Part shown: one piece after another, positions 26,517-36,438 of the stretch
How the letters are laid out: each line of letters begins with the position of its first letter
How positions within the stretch are numbered: position 1 is the first letter of the stretch
Assembly (NCBI GenBank): GCA_964456105.1
Contig: CAYWAB010000003.1
Location: 2,965-66,964 of the forward strand
Direction: 5' to 3'
Length of the DNA: 64,000 nt
Origin: an uncultured Christiangramia sp.
GTDB lineage: Bacteria; Bacteroidota; Bacteroidia; Flavobacteriales; Flavobacteriaceae
Made by a program: the position numbers and the translations under genes
Notes under the pieces: model-generated
Database searches by the model: none
The model's input: the letters and a program-made list of their open reading frames with translations, nothing else
What the model was told of the DNA's origin: nothing

Positions 26517-28928
26517 ATGAGCAAGCTCAATTGTTTTCATTGCGGCGAAGAATGCCTGGACGATATTATTCGTTATGAGGACAGGTCCTTTTGCTGTAAT
26601 GGTTGTAAAACTGTCTTTGAGATCTTAAACTCAAATGATCTCTCTTATTATTATGAGTTGCAAAAGGCTCCCGGTACCTCACCGAAAATCCAGGAGAACA
26701 AATTTGATTTTCTTGATAATCCCGAAATAACTGAAAAGCTACTGGAATTTGATCATGAAAATGTACAGATCGTTTCTTTTGTGATTCCCTCAATCCATTG
26801 CAGTTCCTGTATCTGGATACTGGAAAACTTAAACAAGCTGAACAAAGCCGTTAAAAGCTCTCAGGTAGATTTCCCCAAGAAGCGAATCAGGATCAGCTAT
26901 ACCTCTAATGACCTAAGCCTTAAAGAGTTGGTGATCCTTCTTTCCAGAATAGGATATGAGCCTAGCATTTCACTTGAAAATTTTGAGAAGGAAGAAAGCG
27001 AAGTTGATAGAAGTCTTATTTATAAGCTTGGAGTTGCCGGATTTGCTTTTGGAAATATCATGTTCCTTTCTTTTCCCGAATATTTCGAGATCAGGGAATT
27101 CTGGCTGGAACAGTTCAAACACCTTTTCCGTTGGTTAATGTTTAGTTTTTCCCTTCCCGTCGTGTTCTATTCCGGTAAGGATTATTTCATTTCGGCTTAT
27201 AAAGGCTTAAGATCTCGCATTTTGAATATAGATGTTCCTATTGCGCTGGGGATCCTGGTTCTTTTTATCAGGAGTACCGCAGAGATCCTCCTGGATCTGG
27301 GAACCGGTTTCTTTGATAGTTTAAGCGGACTCGTATTTTTTCTCCTTCTTGGTAGATTCTTTCAGCAAAAAACATATTCATTCCTCTCATTTGAACGGGA
27401 TTATAAATCCTATTTCCCCATTGCAGTAACTCGAATAATCTCAGAAAATGGTGAGGATAAAGAAGAGCAGGTTCAGGTCTACAAGATAAAAAAGGGAGAT
27501 CTCATCATCATTAGAAATGAAGAATTGATCCCAATGGATGCCATTCTCATTAAAGGAAATGCAAGGATCGATTATAGTTTTGTGACCGGGGAGGCAGAGC
27601 CCGTGGAAAGAATAAGCGGGGATCGCTTATATGCAGGAGGAAGGCAACAGGGAGGCATTATCGAGGTAGAAGCCTTAAAACCCGTAAAACAAAGCTATCT
27701 CACCGAGTTATGGAGCGATGAGGTTTTTAGTAAGAACAAAGCTCAGGCCTTCCAAACACTTACTAATGCCATTAGCAAGCGATTCACCTATGCGGTATTA
27801 AGTATAGCGATTATTTCGGCCGTATTCTGGATGTTCTATCAGCCGGATAAGGCCTGGAACGTTTTTACTGCAGTACTCATTATAGCCTGTCCCTGTGCAA
27901 TAGCACTGGCAGCACCTTTTACCCTCGGGAATCTATTACGAATTTTCGGTAAGAATCACCTTTATCTAAAGGATAGTACGGTTATTGAACAGGCAGCAAA
28001 GATAGATACGGTGGTGTTCGACAAAACGGGTACGATAACCACAAATCAGCGTAGCAATATCGAATATGAGGGAATCCCTCTTTCTGGAGAAGAAAAGAGT
28101 TTATTAACGGGAAGTTTAAGGACCTCGAACCATCCTCTTAGCCGGTCTTTATACCAGATCCTTAGACAGAACAATATCTGTACACCGGAACAGGTCCGCG
28201 AATATACCGGACAAGGCCTGGAATCAACTTTAAAAGATATTAACTTAAAGATCGGATCAGCCGAATTTGTCAAAAAAAACAGATCGGGAGAAAATCAGGT
28301 ATCAGTCCTTAAAGAGCCTGTAAAGACCAGTGTTCATATAAGTGCAAATGATCAGTATAAAGGCTGTTTTAATTTTAACAGCTCCTACAGAGATGGTATT
28401 TCAGAGGTATTCGAAAAGCTTTCCAGGGAGAAGAAACTGATCATACTTTCCGGAGATAATGAGGGGGAAAGAGAAAGATTGGAAAAGCTATTACCATCCG
28501 GTACGAAAATGTTCTTCAATCAAAAACCGGGGGATAAACTACAATTCATTAAAAATCTTCAGGATAATGGAAGCAAAGTGATGATGGTTGGCGACGGACT
28601 AAATGATGCCGGAGCTCTCGCCCAGAGCGATGTTGGTATTGTGGTGTCTGAAGATATCAATGTGTTCTCACCTGCCTGTGATGGTATCCTGGATGCCAGG
28701 CAATTCAGGAATTTTTTCAAATTTCCTGAACTCTCGAGAAAGGCAATTTCAATTATAAAATGGAGTTTTCTACTTTCTCTATGTTATAATCTCGTTGGCT
28801 TAGGATTCGCGGTTACTGGAAATTTAATGCCTGTAGTTGCTGCCATTCTTATGCCCCTAAGTTCCATAAGTATTGTAGTATTTACCACTCTTGCCACACA
28901 GTTCATTGGTAAACGTCTAAGGAATTAG
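26517..28928 (+). CDS. ccoI: Cu-translocating P1B ATPase (FixI/CcoI)
   Basis: CFHC, CCNGC, IHCSSC, TGE, CPC, DKTGT, GDGLND; next to the cco genes. Confidence 0.93.
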   Translation: MSKLNCFHCGEECLDDIIRYEDRSFCCNGCKTVFEILNSNDLSYYYELQKAPGTSPKIQENKFDFLDNPEITEKLLEFDHENVQIVSFVIPSIHCSSCIWILENLNKLNKAVKSSQVDFPKKRIRISYTSNDLSLKELVILLSRIGYEPSISLENFEKEESEVDRSLIYKLGVAGFAFGNIMFLSFPEYFEIREFWLEQFKHLFRWLMFSFSLPVVFYSGKDYFISAYKGLRSRILNIDVPIALGILVLFIRSTAEILLDLGTGFFDSLSGLVFFLLLGRFFQQKTYSFLSFERDYKSYFPIAVTRIISENGEDKEEQVQVYKIKKGDLIIIRNEELIPMDAILIKGNARIDYSFVTGEAEPVERISGDRLYAGGRQQGGIIEVEALKPVKQSYLTELWSDEVFSKNKAQAFQTLTNAISKRFTYAVLSIAIISAVFWMFYQPDKAWNVFTAVLIIACPCAIALAAPFTLGNLLRIFGKNHLYLKDSTVIEQAAKIDTVVFDKTGTITTNQRSNIEYEGIPLSGEEKSLLTGSLRTSNHPLSRSLYQILRQNNICTPEQVREYTGQGLESTLKDINLKIGSAEFVKKNRSGENQVSVLKEPVKTSVHISANDQYKGCFNFNSSYRDGISEVFEKLSREKKLIILSGDNEGERERLEKLLPSGTKMFFNQKPGDKLQFIKNLQDNGSKVMMVGDGLNDAGALAQSDVGIVVSEDINVFSPACDGILDARQFRNFFKFPELSRKAISIIKWSFLLSLCYNLVGLGFAVTGNLMPVVAAILMPLSSISIVVFTTLATQFIGKRLRN

Positions 28929-28946
28929 AATAGAAATCCCGAAACC

Positions 28947-28989
28947 TGACTTTAGTCATTTTTTAGCTATAGCAGTCCAGATACTTTTA
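28947..28989 (+). promoter_or_regulatory. Crp/Fnr-type box plus -7 element of the ccoS-NOQP operon
   Basis: TGACTTTAGTCA 28947-28958, 23-nt spacer, TACTTTTA 28982-28989. Confidence 0.75.
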
Positions 28990-29007
28990 CAAGCATATTA
29001 AAAAAAC

Positions 29008-29202
29008 ATGAATATCATCTATTTGTTACTGGCTATTAGTGTTGTGGTAGCACTCGTATTTTTTGTCGCATTCATTTTTTCGGTAAAACATGGACAGTAC
29101 GATGATGTATATACACCTTCTGTAAGGATGTTGTTCGAGGACGAACTGGTCCAGGAACAATCCGAAAAAAATCAATCTAGCAAAAAAGTGAAATCTAATT
29201 AA
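29008..29202 (+). CDS. ccoS: cbb3 oxidase assembly protein CcoS
   Basis: TM helix followed by SVKHGQYDD. Confidence 0.93.
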   Translation: MNIIYLLLAISVVVALVFFVAFIFSVKHGQYDDVYTPSVRMLFEDELVQEQSEKNQSSKKVKSN

Positions 29203-29204
29203 TT

Positions 29205-31403
29205 ATGGAAGTACAGCAATTTTATTACGATAATAAGATCGTAAAGAAATTTATTATTGCCACCATGTTTTGGGGCATTATTGGGATGAGCGTTGGATTG
29301 TTGCTCGCCTTCATGTTTATTTTCCCTAATGTAACCGATGGAATATCCTGGTTAAGTTTTGGTAGGTTAAGACCATTACATACCAATGCAGTGATCTTCG
29401 CTTTTGTAGGGAACGCTATCTTTGCCGGGGTCTACTATTCTACGCAGCGGCTTCTTAAAGCAAGAATGTGGAGTGATGCCCTTAGTAATATTAATTTCTG
29501 GGGCTGGCAGCTTATTATTGTTGGAGCAGCAATAACACTTCCGTTAGGATTTACTTCTTCTAAGGAATATGCCGAGCTGGAATGGCCATTCGATATTGCC
29601 ATAGCAGTGATCTGGGTTGCTTTTGGGGCTAACCTTATCGGGACCATGATCAAAAGACGCCAGCGTCATTTGTACGTGGCGATTTGGTTCTACCTGGCCA
29701 CATTTGTTACAGTTGCTGTTCTTCATATCGTAAACAATATTGAAATTCCTGTAAGCGCTTTAAAAAGCTATTCATTCTACTCTGGTGTTCAGGATGCTTT
29801 GGTACAATGGTGGTATGGCCATAATGCCGTGGCATTCTTCCTTACCACACCATTTCTTGGCCTGATGTATTACTTCGTTCCAAAAGCGGCGAACAGGCCG
29901 GTTTATTCATACAGGTTATCCATAATTCACTTCTGGTCACTCATATTTATCTATATCTGGGCTGGACCTCACCATTTGCTATATACTTCATTGCCAGATT
30001 GGGCTCAAAATCTTGGAGTGGCATTCTCTGTAATGCTTTTATTTCCATCCTGGGGAGGGATGATCAATGGTTTGCTGACACTCCGTGGCGCCTGGGACAA
30101 AGTGAGAGTGGATCCTGTACTCAAGTTCATGGTCGTTGCAATTACAGGTTATGGGATGGCCACTTTCGAAGGACCCATGTTGTCCCTTAAGAACGTAAAC
30201 GCCATTGCTCACTTTAGCGACTGGATCATCGCACACGTACATGTTGGTGCCCTCGCTTGGAATGGCTTCCTGACATTTGGTATGATCTACTGGCTGGTGC
30301 CAAGGCTTTTCAAAACAAAACTATGGTCTGTTAAGCTTGCCAACACACACTTCTGGATAGGAACTTTAGGGATCATAATATATGCATTACCGATGTACGT
30401 TGCAGGATTCGTTCAGGCCTCTATGTGGAAACAGTTTAATCCTGACGGAACGCTTACTTACGGAAACTTCCTTGAAACGGTGACAGAGATCATCCCTATG
30501 TACTGGATGCGTGCCATAGGTGGAAGTTTGTACATTCTTGGAGCTTTCGTGATGCTTTATAATATTGTTAAAACAGTACGATCAGGAAGTAGGGTAGAGG
30601 ATGAATTAGCCGAAGCTGCTGCCCTGCAGCCTGTAACTAAGAAACGTACCAAAGGAGAGGCTTATCACAGCTGGTTAGAGAGAAGACCGGTGAAGCTTAC
30701 CATCTTCGCGACTATCGCGATCCTTATAGGAGGAATGGTTCAGATCATACCTTCGCTGATGGTGGATGAGTATGTTCCTGTAATCTCCAGCGTAAAGCCT
30801 TATACACCATTGGAACTTGAAGGAAGGGATATTTATATACGTGAGGGTTGTGTTTCCTGCCACTCGCAAATGATACGTCCTTTCCGAAGCGAAGTGGAGC
30901 GCTATGGTGAATATTCCAAGGCTGGAGAATATAGATATGATTTTCCTTTTCTCTGGGGAAGTAAAAGGACCGGACCCGATTTGCACCGGGTAGGTCAGAA
31001 ATATTCAGACAACTGGCACCTTAACCATATGTATGATCCACAGAGCACTTCCTCAGGTTCTATAATGCCTTCATACAAATGGCTGATCCATGATGAACTT
31101 GATAAATCCCAAACAGAGGATAAAATGCGTGCGATGCAAACCCTTGGCGTTCCTTATACCGATGAAGAGATCGCAAGAGCTCAGGAATGGATGGAAGAAC
31201 AGGGTACTCAGATAGAGAAGAACCTTTATTCAGATCCCGACTTCGCTTCCACCTACGAGGCAGATAAACAATTTGCCCTGGAAAACAATATTGATTTCAC
31301 CGAGATGAGAGATCGTGAGATAGTAGCCCTAATCGCTTATCTGCAGAGGCTGGGAACAGATATCAAGGCTGAAGATCTCAAACAACAAGTATCAACAGAA
31401 TAA
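29205..31403 (+). CDS. ccoN: cbb3-type cytochrome c oxidase, fused subunits I/II (CcoN-CcoO)
   Basis: RLRPLHTN, WWYGHNAV, GPHHL, HVHVG; CcoO part EGCVSCHSQMIRP and WGSKRTGPDL. Confidence 0.97.
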   Translation: MEVQQFYYDNKIVKKFIIATMFWGIIGMSVGLLLAFMFIFPNVTDGISWLSFGRLRPLHTNAVIFAFVGNAIFAGVYYSTQRLLKARMWSDALSNINFWGWQLIIVGAAITLPLGFTSSKEYAELEWPFDIAIAVIWVAFGANLIGTMIKRRQRHLYVAIWFYLATFVTVAVLHIVNNIEIPVSALKSYSFYSGVQDALVQWWYGHNAVAFFLTTPFLGLMYYFVPKAANRPVYSYRLSIIHFWSLIFIYIWAGPHHLLYTSLPDWAQNLGVAFSVMLLFPSWGGMINGLLTLRGAWDKVRVDPVLKFMVVAITGYGMATFEGPMLSLKNVNAIAHFSDWIIAHVHVGALAWNGFLTFGMIYWLVPRLFKTKLWSVKLANTHFWIGTLGIIIYALPMYVAGFVQASMWKQFNPDGTLTYGNFLETVTEIIPMYWMRAIGGSLYILGAFVMLYNIVKTVRSGSRVEDELAEAAALQPVTKKRTKGEAYHSWLERRPVKLTIFATIAILIGGMVQIIPSLMVDEYVPVISSVKPYTPLELEGRDIYIREGCVSCHSQMIRPFRSEVERYGEYSKAGEYRYDFPFLWGSKRTGPDLHRVGQKYSDNWHLNHMYDPQSTSSGSIMPSYKWLIHDELDKSQTEDKMRAMQTLGVPYTDEEIARAQEWMEEQGTQIEKNLYSDPDFASTYEADKQFALENNIDFTEMRDREIVALIAYLQRLGTDIKAEDLKQQVSTE

Positions 31404-31415
31404 AAAATCAAAGTC

Positions 31416-31613
31416 ATGCTGAAATTTGTAAAAGGACCATTAGAAAGTATTGAAGGGGTTGAGATCTACCCGATCATTTCCCTGCTGATATTTTTCATCT
31501 TTTTCACGGCTCTTTTCTGGTGGGTTTTTACTGCCAAAAAGGATTACATAAAGGAAGTAAGTGATATTCCATTGGAGCTGGGAGAGGAGCAGGATAAATC
31601 GTCTAAATTATAA
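31416..31613 (+). CDS. ccoQ: cbb3 subunit CcoQ
   Basis: Single TM with a DIPLE tail; position in the operon. Confidence 0.88.
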   Translation: MLKFVKGPLESIEGVEIYPIISLLIFFIFFTALFWWVFTAKKDYIKEVSDIPLELGEEQDKSSKL

Positions 31614-31625
31614 TCTACCTCGATC

Positions 31626-32594
31626 ATGAAAAAAACATTTTCCATACTTAGAATACTTGGTCTTCTCGCCCTGGCCGTAATCATTGCAGAGGTAACTCTG
31701 GAAACCGGTGATAAATCCAGCTTTGAAACCTATCCCGTGCTTTGGCTTATCCTCACAGTGATCTTACTCATTGGGATAGCAATCGAAGTATCTGTTGCAG
31801 CGCTGGAGCGTACCCTTTACAATTCTCTAAAACCGGACGCACGTGCCAGGTACGATAATGCACTTGCTGCCAAAAGTCAGAATAGGTTTGCCTGGTTCAA
31901 AAAGGTTTATGATAAGCTGCTTGACAAAAAACCTATAGAAAAGGAGGATGAGATCGTACTGGATCATAATTATGATGGTATACGAGAACTGGATAATAAT
32001 TTACCACCATGGTGGCTTTATGGTTTTTATGCTTCCATCATTTTCGCAGGGATCTATCTCGCAAGGTATCACATCTTTGACGGTACCACGCAAAGGGAGG
32101 AATATCTTGCTGAAGTAGAGGAAGCCAGGGCTGCCGTAGAAGAATATAAGAAGAATGCAAAAGGATTAATAGATGCAAATACCGTAGAACTTCTAACAGG
32201 AGAAGAGGATATCAATACAGGGAAAGCAATTTTCGCAGGCAACTGTGCTGCCTGTCACAAGATCGATGGAGGTGGGGGTATTGGGCCTAACCTTACCGAT
32301 TCTTACTGGATACTTGGTGGTGGTATCAAGAACGTTTTTAATACTATCTCTGAGGGAGGCCGCGCAGGGAAAGGGATGGTTTCATGGAAAACAGATCTTA
32401 GTCCGGAAGAAATGGCTCAGGTAGCAAGTTATGTGGTTAGTCTACATGGTACAACTCCCGCAGATCCTAAAGCTCCCGAAGGAGAACTGTGGGTAGATCC
32501 AGATGCCAGGGTAGATGAGGTTGAAGTGGAAGAAATAGACTCTACCTCGCTGGAGGTCATAATGGATTACGAAGAGGAAAACTCAGAAAATTAG
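31626..32594 (+). CDS. ccoP: cbb3 subunit CcoP (one heme motif)
   Basis: HNYDGIRELDNNLPPWW, CAACH, GPNLTD. Confidence 0.93.
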   Translation: MKKTFSILRILGLLALAVIIAEVTLETGDKSSFETYPVLWLILTVILLIGIAIEVSVAALERTLYNSLKPDARARYDNALAAKSQNRFAWFKKVYDKLLDKKPIEKEDEIVLDHNYDGIRELDNNLPPWWLYGFYASIIFAGIYLARYHIFDGTTQREEYLAEVEEARAAVEEYKKNAKGLIDANTVELLTGEEDINTGKAIFAGNCAACHKIDGGGGIGPNLTDSYWILGGGIKNVFNTISEGGRAGKGMVSWKTDLSPEEMAQVASYVVSLHGTTPADPKAPEGELWVDPDARVDEVEVEEIDSTSLEVIMDYEEENSEN

Positions 32595-32608
32595 AAAATA
32601 AAAAGACT

Positions 32609-34030
32609 TTGGAAAAGAAAGGTGAAGAGCGATTTAGGGATAGTCTGGGAACAATGACGAAAGAAGGTAAACGGTCCTGGGTTTATCCGAAAAAACCATC
32701 GGGTAAATTATACAGATACCGAAAGTACCTTAGTTATTTGCTTCTCCTTTTTCTTTTTGTTTCACCATTTCTGAAAGTCAATGGGAATCAGTTTCTCATG
32801 TTCAACGTGCTGGAACGAAGGTTCAATATTTTTGGATTTACTTTCTGGCCACAGGATTTTTATCTTTTCGTTCTTGCCATGCTGGTAGGAGTCGTTTTTA
32901 TCATCCTGTTTACCGTAGCTTTTGGAAGGATATTCTGCGGATGGTTATGCCCCCAGACCATCTTTATGGAAATGGTGTTCCGTAGAATAGAATACTGGAT
33001 CGAAGGAGATAGAGGAAAACAAATAAGACTGGATAAGCAGGATTGGAACGCTGAGAAGATCAGAAAGAAAGGATTGAAATGGTTTGTATTCTTTATCATT
33101 TCATTTTTTATAGCCAATATCTTTCTTGCTTATTTGATAGGGAGTGATCGGCTCTTACTCTATATTCAGGACGGTCCCGCCGCCCATCTAAGCACCCTCG
33201 TTTCATTATTGATTTTCACCGGGGTTTTTTATTTCGTTTTTGCATGGTTCAGAGAACAGGTATGTATAATCGCCTGTCCTTATGGTAGACTTCAGGGAGT
33301 ATTGCTGGATAACAAATCTATTGTTGTTGCCTACGATCATAAAAGGGGTGAAAAGGAAAAAGGCAGAGCTAAATTTAAAAAGAATGAAGACCGGGAAGCC
33401 AGCGGGAAAGGGGATTGTATCGATTGCTTTCAATGTGTGAACGTATGTCCAACCGGTATAGATATTCGAAATGGAACCCAGCTGGAATGTGTGAACTGTA
33501 CTGCCTGTATAGATGCCTGTAATCAAATGATGGAAGCTGTAGATCTTCCAAAGGGATTAATCCGTTACGCCAGCGAAGAAAATATAGAAAAGAAGGCAAA
33601 ATTTACTTTTACTCCAAGGCTCAAAGGATACTCGGCGGTTCTCCTGATCCTGGTTTCTGTCCTTACAGGTATGCTGTTCCTTAGAAGTGATATAGAAGCG
33701 AACATCCTTCGGTTACCGGGCCAGTTGTATGAACACAAGGAAGGGAATATCATCAGCAATGTCTACACCTATAAACTCATCAATAAAACCACGAAGGATT
33801 ATGAGGAGGTGCATTTTAAACTGGCTTCTCATAATGGCGATATACACACGGTAAAAGGGAAGAATATAGTAGTTCCCGGAAACGGACTTGCGGAAGGGAC
33901 GCTATTCATTGAAATAAATCAGGCTGGCCTTGATGATGAAAAAGATAAAGTGAAGATCGAGGTTTACGATGGAGATAAGCTCATCGAAACCACTAAGACC
34001 ACTTTCATGGGGCCACGCCGCTATAATTAA
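32609..34030 (+). CDS. ccoG: Accessory 4Fe-4S protein CcoG/FixG
   Basis: GRIFCGWLCPQT, CPYGRLQ, CIDCFQCVNVCP, CVNCTACIDAC. Confidence 0.95.
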   Translation: MEKKGEERFRDSLGTMTKEGKRSWVYPKKPSGKLYRYRKYLSYLLLLFLFVSPFLKVNGNQFLMFNVLERRFNIFGFTFWPQDFYLFVLAMLVGVVFIILFTVAFGRIFCGWLCPQTIFMEMVFRRIEYWIEGDRGKQIRLDKQDWNAEKIRKKGLKWFVFFIISFFIANIFLAYLIGSDRLLLYIQDGPAAHLSTLVSLLIFTGVFYFVFAWFREQVCIIACPYGRLQGVLLDNKSIVVAYDHKRGEKEKGRAKFKKNEDREASGKGDCIDCFQCVNVCPTGIDIRNGTQLECVNCTACIDACNQMMEAVDLPKGLIRYASEENIEKKAKFTFTPRLKGYSAVLLILVSVLTGMLFLRSDIEANILRLPGQLYEHKEGNIISNVYTYKLINKTTKDYEEVHFKLASHNGDIHTVKGKNIVVPGNGLAEGTLFIEINQAGLDDEKDKVKIEVYDGDKLIETTKTTFMGPRRYN

Positions 34031-34035
34031 ATATT

Positions 34036-34488
34036 ATGAAAATAAAGATCAATTGGGGAACGGGTTTGGTGATAGGAATGCTTTTGTTCATTTCTTTCAT
34101 CATGTATTTCGTGGTAACGATGATGAGTAGCACCGAATATGACCACGATCTTGTAGTGGAAGATTATTATAAAGCAGAGTTGCATTATCAGGAAGATATT
34201 GATGCAGAAACTAATGCTTTAAGTCTTAATAATGAATTAAAACTGGTCCACACTAAACAAGCTTTAAAAGTGTACCTGCCAGAGGATATGGAGCCAGCTA
34301 AAATTAGAGGTAAGATCGCCATGTACAGGCCTTCCAATAAGATGCTGGATTTTGAGATTCCATTAAGTACAGGAGAAAGAGAGATCCTTATTCCTGATTC
34401 CAAAATGATCGCGGGAAGATGGAATGTTATCGTGGGCTGGAGTTACGAGGGAAAGGATTATTTATTTAAAAAGGAGATTGTCTACTAA
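34036..34488 (+). CDS. ccoH: FixH/CcoH family protein
   Basis: N-terminal TM followed by DLVVEDYYK. Confidence 0.88.
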   Translation: MKIKINWGTGLVIGMLLFISFIMYFVVTMMSSTEYDHDLVVEDYYKAELHYQEDIDAETNALSLNNELKLVHTKQALKVYLPEDMEPAKIRGKIAMYRPSNKMLDFEIPLSTGEREILIPDSKMIAGRWNVIVGWSYEGKDYLFKKEIVY

Positions 34489-35223
34489 ATGTTATTGTCT
34501 GCTGTCATATTCGGGTTATTGGGAAGCTTCCACTGCGTTGGAATGTGCGGCCCCATTGCCTTTTTATTACCGGTAGACAGAGACAATAATTTAAGGAAAT
34601 CACTTCAGATCGTCCTGTATCATTTAGGAAGGTTACTGGCCTACGGGACTATGGGAATTGCTTTTGGAATTGTAGGTAAGAGTTTTTCTCTCTTCGGCTT
34701 TCAGCAACAATTATCGATACTGGTAGGCATAGTAATGCTTGTCTTTATTTTTGTTCCATACTCGGGCTTTAAAAGTAATTATGTTACCAGATCATTATAC
34801 CGGATAGTAGGGAAAGTTAAAAGCTCTTTAGGACAGGAACTTAAGAAGAAGAGACCGGACACCTTTTTTACCGTTGGTTTCCTGAATGGATTTCTACCCT
34901 GTGGTCTGGTCTATATGGCAGTTTTTGGTGCTATTGCTTCAGGCAACGTCCACGAGGGAGCAATTTACATGGTCCTGTTTGGTGTTGGGACAATTCCCCT
35001 TATGACCACTGCGATCTGGATCGGGAATTTCCTTTCAACGAGCCTTAGAAAAAATATAAGAAGAAGCGTACCTGTTTTTCTCACGATAATAGCATTGCTT
35101 TTTATCGTTAGGGGACTGGGATTGGGAATCCCTTACCTGTCCCCTAAAGAATATCGTCCTGAAGTTCAGTCGAATTATGAATGTCAAAGCCCCGACAACC
35201 TCATAGGGAAAATTATTAATTAA
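34489..35223 (+). CDS. DsbD_2/TauE-SafE-like membrane protein for cbb3 assembly
   Basis: GSFHCVGMCGP, LNGFLPCGLVY. Confidence 0.9.
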   Translation: MLLSAVIFGLLGSFHCVGMCGPIAFLLPVDRDNNLRKSLQIVLYHLGRLLAYGTMGIAFGIVGKSFSLFGFQQQLSILVGIVMLVFIFVPYSGFKSNYVTRSLYRIVGKVKSSLGQELKKKRPDTFFTVGFLNGFLPCGLVYMAVFGAIASGNVHEGAIYMVLFGVGTIPLMTTAIWIGNFLSTSLRKNIRRSVPVFLTIIALLFIVRGLGLGIPYLSPKEYRPEVQSNYECQSPDNLIGKIIN

Positions 35224-35236
35224 AAAATCTACGACT

Positions 35237-35380
35237 ATGCTATTAAATTATCTTTTGCCATTGGTAAATTGGGGAATTGGGACATTGCTAATGTTGTTCT
35301 TCGGTGTGGTTTGTATCGTTCTACTTATAATAGTTCACCGGATGGTGCATAGCGATAAAAAGAAGAATGGATCTAGATAA
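35237..35380 (+). CDS. Small TM protein (47 aa) ending the cco operon, not in ORF track
   Basis: MLLNYLLPLVNWGIGTLLMLFFGVVCIVLLIIVHRMVHSDKKKNGSR*; starts 13 nt after the previous stop. Confidence 0.7.
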   Translation: MLLNYLLPLVNWGIGTLLMLFFGVVCIVLLIIVHRMVHSDKKKNGSR

Positions 35381-35455
35381 TATTTAAGATTTTTTGATCA
35401 AAAAAGAAGAAGATTTTTTCAGGTAAAAAAATAAATATTTCGTATCTTTAATATG

Positions 35456-35523
35456 TAGTTATCCTGAAGAGGATAGCTCGAAGGCTAACTGGTTATGCGT
35501 TTGTATGACGGTTAGCCTTTTTT
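35456..35523 (+). ncRNA. Candidate two-hairpin small RNA ending in a terminator
   Basis: -7-like TATCTTTA 35443-35450; hairpin AGTTATCCT-GAAG-AGGATAGCT; 17-bp terminator stem plus U-run. Confidence 0.4.
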
Positions 35524-36246
35524 GTTAAGATATTGAACTAATTTAATCACATCCGCCTCTTCATCCAGGTTCAGATCGGCCTCTTTGATGTAATCATCAG
35601 CTTGAATGCCATTATCCTCCAGGATACTTGTTACATATTTTTTCTTTAGTTTTTTGATCTCTACAGGCACATTTTCGTTGTTAAAATAAAAGTAGTACTC
35701 TTCGCTGGCTTCAAATCTTGGTTTTTTCTCTACATGGAAGCTTGTTTTAGCTCTTTCTCCCGGTTCAAAAACTCTAAAATATTTTCTTAGAAAATCTACC
35801 CGTTGTCCATCCTCAAGGATCTCGAAATAACCTCTTGAGGGTTCGCCTTCCGGAGAAATATAATGGTATACCTTATAAGGTTTATTAGAGAGAAATACCT
35901 TGACATCACGCTCTTTCCTTAACTCCATAATGTCCTTATCGTCCATCAAAACTTCCATAACATCATTGAAAATGTTATATCTCAAAAGATAATTACCTCG
36001 TGAACTGTCTGCTTCGAAGATCTGTCCGTTTCTGAATGTTTCCTCCATATAAGGACTTCCCTCCATCTCATTCAATGGAATGGCTGTGTTAATTTTTTTC
36101 TGAAAACTCTGAAACATATCCAGGTATCGATTATTCTGATCTCCGGCTCCGGTAACTACTCCTGAATTACCTTTTTGAGCAACTGCGGAAACAGATATAA
36201 TACTAAAAATGAATACGATTTTTTTGATTGATGATAAGGAGATCAT
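35512..36246 (-). CDS. Secreted hypothetical protein
   Basis: Signal peptide, EGSPY..ETF, LRYNIFNDVME. Confidence 0.8.
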   Translation of the reverse strand: MISLSSIKKIVFIFSIISVSAVAQKGNSGVVTGAGDQNNRYLDMFQSFQKKINTAIPLNEMEGSPYMEETFRNGQIFEADSSRGNYLLRYNIFNDVMEVLMDDKDIMELRKERDVKVFLSNKPYKVYHYISPEGEPSRGYFEILEDGQRVDFLRKYFRVFEPGERAKTSFHVEKKPRFEASEEYYFYFNNENVPVEIKKLKKKYVTSILEDNGIQADDYIKEADLNLDEEADVIKLVQYLNKKG

Positions 36247-36438
36247 GACGGGATGATTAAAACTAATAATATGAATTTACGTCTTTTTGGCTTTTTATGG
36301 CTGTTTTCATGATTTTTAACAGGTTTCCCAGCTGTTAATATCCTCTTAATAAAATCCTTTCAAAACTTTAATAAACAAGGTTTTATAATGGGTATAATGC
36401 CTAAATTATACCTGTTTACATAATTTAAAATTTGAGAT

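Noticed and set aside
29205-32594. ccoN-ccoO fusion and monoheme CcoP as a novelty
   Set aside because: Common arrangement in Bacteroidota
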